64,000 bases of DNA from Flectonema sp. DT1601 (lineage: Eukaryota): the NCBI GenBank assembly GCA_964019425.1, contig OZ025789.1, positions 124,001 to 188,000 on the forward strand. Direction: 5' to 3'. Numbering within the stretch: position 1 is the stretch's first letter; the number at the start of each line of letters is the position of its first letter. The notes below the pieces were generated by a model that was not told the DNA's origin, made no database searches, and worked only from the letters and a program-made list of their open reading frames with translations. The position numbers were made by a program, and so were the translations under genes. Below are positions 40,665 to 52,600 of the stretch, piece by piece.

Positions 40665-40771
40665 CTTCAAATCTGAAGACAATATATTCCTACTGCGTGT
40701 GTCTTATATTGAGTTGTGAGGCTCTTCTGTTGATGTTTTATATGTGCGTATAATGAACTATATTTATTTAT

Positions 40772-41296
40772 TTATTTATATTTCCGTATAATCTGGTAGG
40801 TGGGGAGGGAAAGTAAAGTGATTCTTGTTGTGGAACACGATTGCAAAATTAAATACCGCTGGAGGCCACGTGAACATAGTCGAGCACACCTGGGAATAAA
40901 ATTAACATGTTTATCTCCAATCTCCTTAACGATATAGATCATAACCGGGAATGAGCTTCTCGAAGTTGCATTTGAAGGTTTCCAAATATTAAGAGTCAGG
41001 CAATCTTCTGAAGGTGGGGGCGCTTCAGGGTCTGTTGCTTCCGAAGGATTACCCAACGGATTCTGAATGCAGGGGGATTTGAACTTGGAACCATCAAATA
41101 CACCTTTGTACTTCTGTTCATTTAATATCGATCTCTTAAACCTCTTCTCTGCTAAGGGAGGAATAGCATAAGGAATACCTGCGTATCTATCAACACCAAC
41201 AGCAGCATTGCTACCTATGATCGTCCCCAAAGGGAAGTCGACCGTCGGTACTGAAGCAGCAGCAGCCACCAACGTGACTATCGCAGTGAATATCAT
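40772..41296 (-). pseudogene. 3'-truncated duplicate of the carboxylesterase (first 122 aa, then 52 unrelated codons)
   Basis: 40932..41296 matches 590..954. Homology stops at FPVMIYI, just before YGGG, and there is no GxSxG motif. Confidence 0.9.
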
Positions 41297-42026
41297 ATTT
41301 TAGTTGGAACTCTGTTTTAGAATAGAAAATTAAAAGTTAACTTAAAAAAAAAAGGAAAAAAACGAGCAGAGCGTACTTTCAAAATGATAGAACATCATAT
41401 TAGCTAGTAGATAGGTATATTTGATAACTACAATCTCCTTAACGAAAAACCTTAAATCAATAATACGAAAAATGAATAAAATAAAACTTGTCCAATACAA
41501 TTCGATACTATTGAGCAACAGCATCAATAAACTGAAATAGCAACAAATAAAAGCAACTGAAAAACTGAAGTAGTTTCATTCATATTTTTCAGAAGAGAGG
41601 GCAGAGAGAGGAAGAGAACAATAAGATGAAGAAAGAAGAAGAAGACGAAGAAATGTCAGATATTTCGAATTAACGATTCTGGTAACAAAACTACATTTTG
41701 CATGAAGGACGTTCTCCACACAAAACCCATTGTTTTGTTTCTTTTATTTTTGTGGATTTGTTTGTTTTTCTTCTTCTTTTTGTTTTGGTGATGAAATTTG
41801 CTAAATAGGTAGGGAACAGAATAACAATAAAAAATGCGAGCCCTAACACAAAGGGGAACGTGAAGGAGGGGTACCTGCCAAAGTACTTACTTTTAGTCAT
41901 TGGGAACACATCATATTTCCAGTAAGCTGCTTATCAGAATGTTTGCCGACACCGATATATTGAGCCTCATGTGGACAACGTGATGATGACTTTTTTTTCC
42001 CTCCAAACATTAATCCGCTTTCACTT

Positions 42027-42365
42027 AGCGCTGAATTTTCACGGAAGAGAAAAAACAAAAAAAAACAAAAAACAAAAGCAGACAATAGAAACAAGGTACA
42101 TGTCATGCTTTTGAAAATAACAAAATTAAATAAATTGAAAAATAAAGATGGATTGCAGAACCCCTAATTCAGCGATTCATAATCCGATTTCAAAAAAGAA
42201 AACACGGCATCATCGATGGAAGCCGCGCCACTGACTGTTGCACATTGGGATTTGAGATATTCCTTTCATATGTTATACGACAATACAATGTGAACAAAAC
42301 GTGGTAAACAACAAATGGGAATGGGTGGGTAGGGCAGAGAGGAATTCGATACTAAAGGATTTATC
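42027..42365. repeat. Intergenic direct repeat, copy A'
   Basis: Unit-2 counterpart of 1685..2023. Confidence 0.92.
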
Positions 42366-42643
42366 TGTTAGTTAGTTAGAATAATAGCAATATACAAACT
42401 GATGACTACGAGGGGTCTGGGTAGCCCGCATCAGTGAGGACCCAATCGCGAAGATTGTAGTTTCATAGTATTGGCTGGAAGTGATCGACTTCCAGCCTCC
42501 ACCTTGCCCAGAGGCTAACAGGTTGTAAACAACGAAAGAAAATAAAAGTGAAATGATTTGGGGTATGGGGGAAGGTGAAAAAAATAAAAAATCAGGAAAG
42601 ATGACAGACAGTTTGAAGTCATAACTGCGCCGGAACTTATCAG

Positions 42644-42998
42644 AGCGCTGCATTTCATGGAAGAGAAAAAAGAAAAAAAAAAAAGAAAACAAAACAAAAA
42701 ACAAAAGCAGACAATAGAAACAAGGTACATGTCATGCTTTTGAAAATAACAAAATTAAATAAATTGAAAAATAAAGATGGATTGCAGAACCCCTAATTCA
42801 GCGATTCATAATCCGATTTCAAAAAAGAAAACACGGCATCATCGATGGAAGCCGCGCCACTGACTGTTGCACATTGGGATTTGAGATATTCCTTTCATAT
42901 GTTATACGACAATACAATGTGAACAAAACGTGGTAAACAACAAATGGGAATGGGTGGGTAGGGCAGAGAGGAGAGAATTCGATACTAAAGGATTTATC
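42644..42998. repeat. Intergenic direct repeat, copy B' (full-length right end)
   Basis: Unit-2 counterpart of 2302..2616, with 39 extra bp and a different A-tract. Confidence 0.92.
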
Positions 42999-43639
42999 AG
43001 AGGGGTAATTTGAATACCGCATTTTAAAGCTCAAGAGGAACAACAATTTCTCCGACAATCTTGACTGTCAGCGGCAGCGTAGTAAATGACTGCAAATAAA
43101 CAAGGATGGAGGCCACGTGAACATAGTTGAGCTCCACTTGCCTATGTTATCGTAGGAAGGGGGACGGCTCGTAGTCAACATCAAGGGTTAACACGCAACA
43201 AATTAGACATGAATCATTATAACTGGATTCTGTCCACACAAAATCGCATGCTTTAAATAAAATTCCAGAGAAAGAAATGCTGTCAAGTCAAATTGACCGG
43301 GGACCACGCACTACAGGTTTAGCAGGTCGTTACAGCTTGAAAACATTAATGCATTAATGGGAAATCAATAAAATTATCTGGGTGGGTAGTAACGGGGTGA
43401 GAAAAAAAAAGAAAAGAACATGACAAGAACACGCTGGTTCGAAGAATACGCTGGTGGGGGAAAGCTTGAAGAAAGGGGGAGTAGGGAGGGAATCGCGTTT
43501 TCCACTTCCGTAAAACTACGATATAATTATATAAAAAAAGATTTCTCGAATTGGCAACTTTAATAAAAACAAGATCAAGATATGGAAATCACAAAAAAAG
43601 TTGTTTCGTTTCTTTCGTTTCATTTGATCCTCAAAAACC

Positions 43640-46600
43640 CTACTTTTCAGGGCTGCGTACATCATCATCATCATCGTCATCGAGCATCTTCTTGTTTCCA
43701 TCGTCCATTTCGAAATCATCGAACTTTCTCTCTTTCTTCTCCTGGTCGAGAGCAGCGTTCTCATTTCTGGATTTCATGAGCGAGTAAGCCAAGAAGACGA
43801 TAAGTGCGATGACTAAGATCCACAATACTAAGATCAAAGCAGCTGGAAGGCAGGCTTCTCCAAGCTGCAGCCCTTCACAACAGGCTTCTCCAGCCGTCAG
43901 CAAGGTTGCGCCACGGGCACCCGCGTCGTCGTTGAATTCCTCGAGGACTTCCAACTGACCAATTCTGCTGCCCGCTCTGTCGTGAGTTTCGACAGGTGCC
44001 CACTTCTCTCCTTCCATTGCGTAGCATAAAGTGTACTCTCCTGAGATTTGAGCCGTCACGTTCATCATCAACTCCATTCCAACCTTCGGCTCAAGCATCG
44101 GGTTCGCAACCCCCGCGGCTTGGCAGGTTTCGGTAATCGTGATCTTGCTTCCCTCCGACACCATGCATCCCTGGTTGACAGTTGCCAAGCAGTCCTGGCC
44201 CTTCATCAGCGCAAGCTTTCCTGAATTCTTCTTCTTTTGCGAGAAGCATCCGTGAACAATGACCGTGAACATCTCAGCCTTCACCGGTTTGTTCGGGTAC
44301 GCCGTGTACCAGTACGCCCCACTTGGAGCACACATGCGAACACTGCAGTCCGCGCCCCCCCAGCCAGGATCACATGTGCACATGTTGTTTTCGCAGTCTC
44401 CCTTTCCGCTGCAGGTGGCATCCCGATCGCACACAACACAGCTTCCGTCAACTACCTTGAAGTCACACTGGTCGCAATTCTTTCCCGACATCCCCGCAGG
44501 GCATTCCTTGCAGGCTCCCGCTTGAGTGCAAGTTCCGTTCCAAGAACACGACGCGTCTTCGACGCATGCAGTCTGGTTCAGGGCAGGGCAGCCTCCCACG
44601 ACGCACTCGCTTCCGGTCCACTCGCACTTTCCATCAGAACGGACGTCACACGTCTCTTTGGTGCTCCATTCCGAGCAAGGGAGGCTGGTAACGCATCGGT
44701 TCACGTCCCACGTGCACCACTCCATCTGGTTGCAGCCCGCACGATCGCCGGCATCTTCGCACCCGTCGTTCTTTTTGCACGTCGCTTCTTCCCACTTGCA
44801 TCCCTGGGTATCCTCGCAATCCGTTGCTTCGCCGATCATCGCGCATTTCTTTCCGCAGAGAGGCTGCTTCACCCCCGTCGGGAGGGCGGCACCCTCGAAC
44901 CACTCACACTTATCGTCGGCGCCGCACTTCTTCATCTCCGAGTACATGAAGCACCCTTCTCCGTCTTTGCACATCACGTTTGGAGCGTCCCACTCGCACC
45001 GTGCCGCCGGAGCACGGAGCTTCTGGCAGATCGTCGCGTCCTTGTAGATCGGACATCCAGTCTTATCCTTGCACACCCCAGCATCCCACTCACAGACCGC
45101 GTCTTCGATACACTTCGCCTCCTCCCCGGCGTACACCGCGCATCCCTTCGGATCTTCGCAGTGTGCCACCGTTCCGTTCGATCCGTCCACCCATACGCAC
45201 AGCGCCGCCTCGCACTTCTGCCCCTCGTCCCAGACACCGCAGTCCTTCTCGATGCACACTCTGCTGCTGGCCGACCACGCGCAGTCGTCCTTCTGGGCTA
45301 AGTCGCACTCGCTTTCCGTTGGGTACAGTCCGCATCCCTCCACGTCGTCGCACGTCGACGTCGCCGTGTTCCAAACGCATTCGCGACGGTCATCGCACGT
45401 TGGCTTCGTTCCGATCACACCGCACTTCGACCGCTCTTCGCACGCCGGCTTCGCCGCGTTCCAAGAGCACGAGTGGTCGGCATTGCAGGATACCTCCTCC
45501 TCCAACGCGTAGCATCCCACGTTGGGCTTGCACACCGCCGCCGACAACGTGCTTGTTTCCCAGCGACAAGATTCCGTGTCCGTCGTCGACTCGCACGCTC
45601 CCTGCGTCGCGAACTCGCACACCTGCTTCTGGCAGCTTTGGCTCCCCGCGTCCCATCCGCAGCGCTCCTCGGCTGCCGCACCCGCACACGCGTCTTCCGC
45701 GCAGAAGCTCGGGCACGCACTCCTCACGCACTCCGCTCCCGCCGCAGCCCACTTGCACAGGCTGTCTACCTCGCATCCAGCGGCACTCTCCCATTCTCCG
45801 CAAGATCCCTTGTGCAGCGGCTCCCCATGCTCCGACACGTAGTATCCGAACGACGTAGCTTCATTGCACAACCCTGCGAAAACGTCCGCAAGCTCCGACA
45901 TCTCGACAGACTCGAAGTGCGAGTCCACCGGCTCCGTCACCAGCGCCTTCATCGTCTCTGCATCCGACTCGCTTACCGCGCTCGGCCTCGAGAACCTCCT
46001 CACCTGGATTCCGAACACCGTCGCCCTCTGCGCCTCCAGCCTTCCGCGGGTTGCTTTCATCAGGTTCGCGTCTGGAATCGCCCCGTCCGCCACCACAATC
46101 ACAACCTTCTTCCTGTCAGCCGGAGACTCGTCCAGCATCACGCTCGCCATCTCCATCGCCTGCGACGCGTACGACTCCACAGTAGCGCTTCCCCTGAACT
46201 GATCTTCGTGCCAGTGAAGGTCGTCCACCAGCTGCGCCTCGCTTCCCGACAACAATCCCTTCGTTCCCTCCGTCGACGTTCTCTTTGCCGCCCCGCTTGC
46301 CGAGAACTGTGCAAATCCGACCCTGAACCCGCTTGTCCGCAGCACCTTTGTGGCCGCCCCGCTTCCCTCTCCATCCGCGAGCGGCAACGTCTTCACCCAG
46401 TCCAGCAGCAGCTCGGTCACCGCCAGGAACCCGTGTGGGTGACGACCGAACACCTCCGCCATGCTCGTCGATCCGTCCATCAATACCACCACGTCGACCG
46501 CCGGGCAGTTCGCGTACATCGACGCCATGCAGCTGTCATCCTTCCACATGCAACCAGAGGTCTTTCCGCACTCACACGACTTCGAGAATCTCTTGCACTG

Positions 46601-49600
46601 ACTCACCCCTTCATCACACGTCCTCTGCGCCTCGTCCCACACGCAGCTTTCGACACCCTCGCAAGACGGCTTGTCCTCGTTCACTCGGCAAACCTTCACT
46701 CCGCAGTGCGCCGGGGCGTGCGCCGTCTTCCACTCGCACGACGCATCCGCCGCACAATCCCTCTCGTTGGTGTAAGGCACGCACTCCAGAGGGGTGCACG
46801 TGTTTCCTTTCCACTCGCAGTCATACGAGTGTTTCCCGCACACATCCTCCGTCTTGTATGGAACACACGGCTTCTCCACGCAGCTCCCGATCACCAAGTC
46901 CCACTGACACGTGTCCTTCCCATCGCACGTCACCGGGTCAGGCGCATTGCACATCTTTTCGACACACTTGCTCTTGTCCGCCGCCTCCTCGTCGAACTGG
47001 CACCCGTAAGGGTCAGCAACGCAGTTGTCCTCAGTCGTCGCCGTGCAAGGCGGTGGTCCACAAACGGAGTCCCCCTCGTACCAACGGCACCCCTCGTCCG
47101 TAACGGTGTACTTCATCGCTTCGCAAGCCAGCTTCTCCGACGCCGAGCACTCAACAACGCGGCCACACTCACCGAACGTCGCGTCCCACACGCACCCCGC
47201 AGCACCGTTGCACGAACCCTCGTCGCACTCATCGTGGCACATCGACCACTCGCACGCCAGCTGCGTCGCGTTCCACTTGCATGCCGCTTCCCTGTAGCAC
47301 GCCTTCTCCGTCACGAACGATCCGCAAGGGAGGTGGTGTCCCTCCAATGACTGGTAGTTCAAAATGATCTTTCCAAACTTGCTGTTCGGGTTGCAGATGT
47401 CCACCAAAACTTCTCTCGAGAAGTCGTCAAGAGGGATGTTCACGTAGTGGTCTGCCTTCGGCTCCGAAACGATCCCGCTGAGCACCGCCTCAGCCTCGAG
47501 ATCGACCTCCGAGTGCGCTTTGAACCTCCTCAGCACCACTCCGAACACCTCGACTCCCTGCCCGGCGAGCGCTGCCCTCGCCGAATTCAGCTCCGCAGCG
47601 TCGTGGATCTTCCCGTCGGTCACGATCAGGAGCACCTTGCGGCGCCCAGCAGGGCTGCTCTGGAACAGGTTCGCCGCGAAATCGAGCGCCTGCGAGATGT
47701 ACGTCGACTCCATTGCGTAGGCTTGCTCATGGAAGTCGAGATCTGCCGACAGCTCGGCAACGACTCCCGAGAACCTTCCACCAGTTCCGGTTCCAGCTGG
47801 TGCCCGGACAGCAGACTTTGGTGCCGAGAACTGGATGAACCCGACACGGAGTCCTCCGGCCTGCGGATCCATCGTACCCGCCGACTCCAAGCTCAGAGGC
47901 AGCGTCTTCACCCAGTCACGGAGCTGCTCCACCATCGCGTAGAACCCGTGTGGGTGGCGCCCGAAAGCCTGGCTCATCGAACCAGAACCGTCGAACACAA
48001 CCGCGATATCCATCACCGGACACCCACCGAACGCTCCTTCCAAGCACGCCGACCGCTTCGCGTCCCACGTGCACCGGTCTACCGCCTTGCAGCTGCACCC
48101 GTCCTTCAGATCAGAGCACTTCAGCTCAACGCACCCCTGCCCCGACCACTTGCACTTCTCAGAGTCCGTCTTGCAAGACGCTTGTTCTGCGTGCTTCGAG
48201 CAGTACTTCTGCGTGCACCCTGGCGGCGATTCCTCGGTGTTCCAGTGGCAAGCGTCATCGTGGTCGCATGTCATCTCGTCAGGGTAAGGCGTGCACTTCT
48301 TCGGCACGCACTCCGGCGTCCCCGTCGACCACTCGCACTTCTTCCCATCCGCCAAGCACCCGGCCTCGTCGCTTGCCTGGCAAGGGATCAGCACGCAAGG
48401 CCCCCACGCCATCGTTCCGCGAATCTTCGAATCCCATGTACACTTCGCGTCCACGCCACAAGCATCCTGCGAAGTGTACGTGCACGGCCGCTCCACGCAC
48501 GCGTCATGCGCGCTCTCCCACTCGCATCCAACCAGGTCCTCAACGCATCCAGACTCCGACTCGTGTTGGCACTTCTTCTTCTCACACTTCACCTTGTTCG
48601 CATTCCAGTCGCATCCCGGGTCAATCAAACATTCCGACACATCCGCGTGCGAGCAGATCGGCTGCTTGAAGCAGCTCCCGTCGATCCACGAACACAAGTT
48701 AGCGTGGTCCTCGGCACACGTTGCATTGTCACAGTGAGCAAGGCACCCGGAGTCCGCACACGAGAGCAGGCGGTCGCTCCATCTGCACGACAAGTCCGTG
48801 TCACACGCATCCTTCTCGAGATGATTTGGGCAAGGGGTGCTCGCCGAACCCGAACCCGTCGCTGACTTGGCGATGAGAGCTCCGAACTGTTTGTGCGGGT
48901 CGCACAGTGCCCACAAGATCGAGTCGAGCTCGTCGATCGTCGCATCCGCAAAGTGCTCATCCTGCACCGTCGAAGTGATCATCTTCAGCGCCTCCCTCGC
49001 CGTCGAGCTCGACGCATCGAACGCCGTTGTCGGCCTCAGCAACAACCCGAAGGTCTGCACCTGCATTCCGAGCAGCGTCCTCAAGTTCTGCACCGTCGCC
49101 GTAGTCGCCGCGTCCTTCAGCTCGCTGTCAGTCAGCACCAGCAGGATCCGCTTCCTCGTCACCGATCCCAGCATCCCCTTCGTCAAGTCCAACGCGCTCT
49201 TGATGTACGCCCGCTCCGTACCCACGATGTTCTTCTCGTGGAAGTCGAGGTCCTTCAGCAGCTCGTCCAGGTCTCCGGTAACGTGTCCCGCGCTCCCCAC
49301 TCCCTGCGGTGACTTGATCGCCCCTGCCTCCGCCGCGAACTGCACCACTCCCACGCGCACACCCTGTGCTGGGCTTTCCTTGAACGCCTTTCCGAGTGTC
49401 CCGGACAGAGGGATCCCCTTTACCCAGTCGCGAATCTTCTCAACCATCGCGTAGTACCCGTTCGGGTGTCTGTCAAACGCTCCCTGCATCGACGTCGTCG
49501 AATCCATCGCGATCACCACATCCATCAGCGGGCATCCTCCGAATTGCCCCGTCACGCACTCCTTCTTCGAACCATCCCAGAAGCATCCGAGGTCCTTGTT

Positions 49601-52600
49601 GCACGGACACGGCTCCCCAATCTTCGTGCAATTCTTGTCAGCACACTCGCCGTCCACCGAGTCCCAGCTGCACCTCTGCTGAGGGTCAGTCGAGCAGCTT
49701 CCCTGCTCAGAGAACCTGCTGCAGTACTTCACCTTGCACATCGACGGTGCATCGTCCACCGACCAGTGGCACTTGTCATCGTGGTTGCAAGTCACTTCGT
49801 CCGCGTGTGCCGCGCACTCGCAGCACCACGGGTTCGCCTCGCAAGTCGCAGACTGGCAGCGATCCTTCACGCACAGCTTCTCCTCTGCCTTCCACTGGCA
49901 TCCCTCCGCGGCCGCCGCTTGCGTGCACTTCGCCTCCTCCGTGTACGTGCATTCCGTCTTGGTGCACACCATGTCGTCCGTCGCCCACTCGCATCCCTCC
50001 GGATCGGTCACGCAGCTGTCCTCGGCCTGGTGGTTGCACTTCCTCACCTGGCAGGTGCTTCCGTTCCATCGGCACGCGTTTGCGGTGTCGGCATCGCACA
50101 GCTGCGGCGATGCGTGCTTTGGGCAAGCTGGCTGCCTTTCGCATGACTTCCCGTTAGTCCACCCGCAGAAGTCGCTGGTAGCGGCGTTGCACTCACTTTC
50201 GCTGCATCCGTACGACAGGCACGGCGTGTTGACGCATCCCAACAGCGACTCCGACCACACGCACCACGTGTCATCCAAACACGAACCGGCAGACTCATAC
50301 ACAGCACACGGCTGGTGTGCAGCTCCCTCCCGCATCGCAATCAGCGCCCCGAACTTCTTCGTAGGGTCGCAGATCGCCTCGAACACCTCGGTGACCACAT
50401 CGTCCAGTTTCAAGTTCAAGAAGTGCTCGTCCGTCGGCAGCGACACCACCGGCTTCAGGGCAAATTCGGCATCGATGTCCTCCTGGGTTCTCGTGTCCAG
50501 CCGGCGAATTACCACTCCGAAGGTCTGAACCGACAACGCATCGAGCGATCCACGCACAGCCTTCAGCATATCCGCGTCGTTCAGTTTCCCGTCGGTGATC
50601 AGAATCAGGACGCGCTTCCTCGTCGGTGGGGATGCTCTGAAGATCTCAACCGCGTGTTCAAGGGCTCCCTCAACGAAGGTGCGGTCCGCCATCTGGTTCT
50701 TGTTGTGGTACTCGATGTCCTTCTCCAGCTCCGACAGGTTTCCAGACAAGAGCCCGTTTGCTGTTCCCACCATACCGGCCGTCGTCCTCGGAGCCCCAGG
50801 CGTCGAGAACTGCACGAACCCGACACGCATCCCCGTCGCCTTGGTCTGCTCCTTCGCTGTGTACGAGTCCCCGTTCAACGGAAGCTTCTTCACCCACTCC
50901 TTCAGGAACGTCGTCAGCGCCTCGTATCCGTGAGGATGGCGACCAAACGCCTGGCTCATGGATCCCGAACCGTCGAATACCACCGCCACGTCCAGCGGCG
51001 GACAAGCCCCGAACACCGAAGTCACGCATTCGTCCGAGGCGCCACTCCAGAAGCACCCGGCCTCCTCCTGACATGCACACTGGTTTCCGTTGAACCGGTC
51101 GCACCTCGACTCTACGCAACCACGCTGCTGCGAGTCCCATGCGCAAGCCGCATCCCCGTCACAGTCGCTCTCAGCCTTCCAGCGCGCGCAGTAGGTCTCC
51201 GTACAGTACGCCGGCGATGAGTCGACGTCCCACTTGCACCCCACGTCCGTGTGGCAAGACGACTCGTCCAGGTGCTGGGCACATGGCCGCTCAACGCACT
51301 TGTTGCTCTCCCACTTGCACTGTTTGTCCCCAACACAGAGGTCCATTACCACATACTGGCACGGCTTCTCGCTGCAAACCGACGCAACCTGGTCCCACGT
51401 GCACTCCACATCCGCCAGACAGTCGGCAGACACGTTGTAGCTGCACTTTTTCAACGAGCACTTGTCCTCGACCCACACGCACTCTTCCTCCGTGTCGCTG
51501 ACGCACGCCGGCTCAGTGATGTGCTGGCATGGCCGCGGCTCGCATCGGTCCTTCGTCGTCGACCACCAGCACTCGGGATCCGATCCACAGTCGTTCGCGT
51601 TCGCAGCCGCGCACACCTTCTTCTTCCCGCACGCGTGATCCTTCGCGTCGTACTCACACAGCAAGCTCTCCTCCGCCGACATGCACAGCTTCTCCGAACA
51701 CAGCTGCAGACAAGGGGTGTTTGCGCACCTCACCAAACTGTCGTCCCACTGGCAACCCGAATCGCGGTTGCACTCCGCCGAGTTGTGGTGGAAGTCGCAC
51801 GGCAGGTGCGAGTCCGTTGTCCCCAGGTTTACCAACCACCTTCCCCACGGGGTTCCCGGGTTGCACCACTTGTCGAACACGTTCTCCTGAAGCTCGTCAA
51901 TCATGAGGTTCGTGAAGTGAGTCTCCTGCGGCTCCGTCACCAGCGGCCTCAGCGATGCCTCAGCCTCCAGATCCCCGGCCGTGTGCGACTGCGATTTTCT
52001 AATCACGATCCCGACCGTGTGCACCCCGATCGCATCCAGTTTCGACTTCGCGAGCGCCGTCTGGTCTCCGTCCTCAATCTTCCCGTCGATGATCACCATC
52101 ACCACCTTCTTCCTTCCGTCGTTCGGAGCCCCCGCCAGCAACCCTGCCGCCGTGTCGAACGACTCGGCGAGGAAGCTTCCCCCTCCCATGAAATTCTTCT
52201 CCTGCCAGTCCAGATCCACAGTCAACTCCGGCATGTACCCGGACAACCTTCCACCGGCAGCCCCGTTCACCCCGCTCAGCGGCGTGCTCAGCGACGATCC
52301 CCTCACCACCCCGTTCACCTTCTTGTTCTCATTCCCGCTGAACTGGATGAACGAGATCCTCGTCAGACCCACAGGGTACCCTGTTCCGTTGCGATCGGCT
52401 CTGCCGTAGTCGTTCGCGAGCGGAAGCAGCAGTGACCAGTCCCGAAGCATCTCCAGCAGCGCAGCGTATCCGCGCGGGTGGCGTCCGAACTGATTTGCCA
52501 TCGAAGCCGATCCGTCGAACAGCACCACGATGTCCATCGTCGGACATGCTCCGTAATGCACGTCCACGCAAACGTTGTCGTGCCAGAAGCACTCCGGGTT

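Larger units (their letters stand above)
590..40931. repeat. Tandem segmental duplication, unit 1 (~40.3 kb: 5' part of esterase + spacer + complete giant gene)
   Basis: Sequence from 590 recurs from 40932 (offset 40342, becoming 40382 after spacer indels). Only 590..~23618 can be compared inside the window. Confidence 0.92.

Noticed and set aside
40665..40682. Track start MSSDLK of the giant ORF
   Set aside because: It begins at TTG. The ATG at 40664 gives a clean signal peptide.
40664..40931. Possible in-frame splice of the esterase fragment to the giant ORF (ATC|GTTAAG..AAG|ATG)
   Set aside because: Weak sites, no pyrimidine tract and no transcript evidence.
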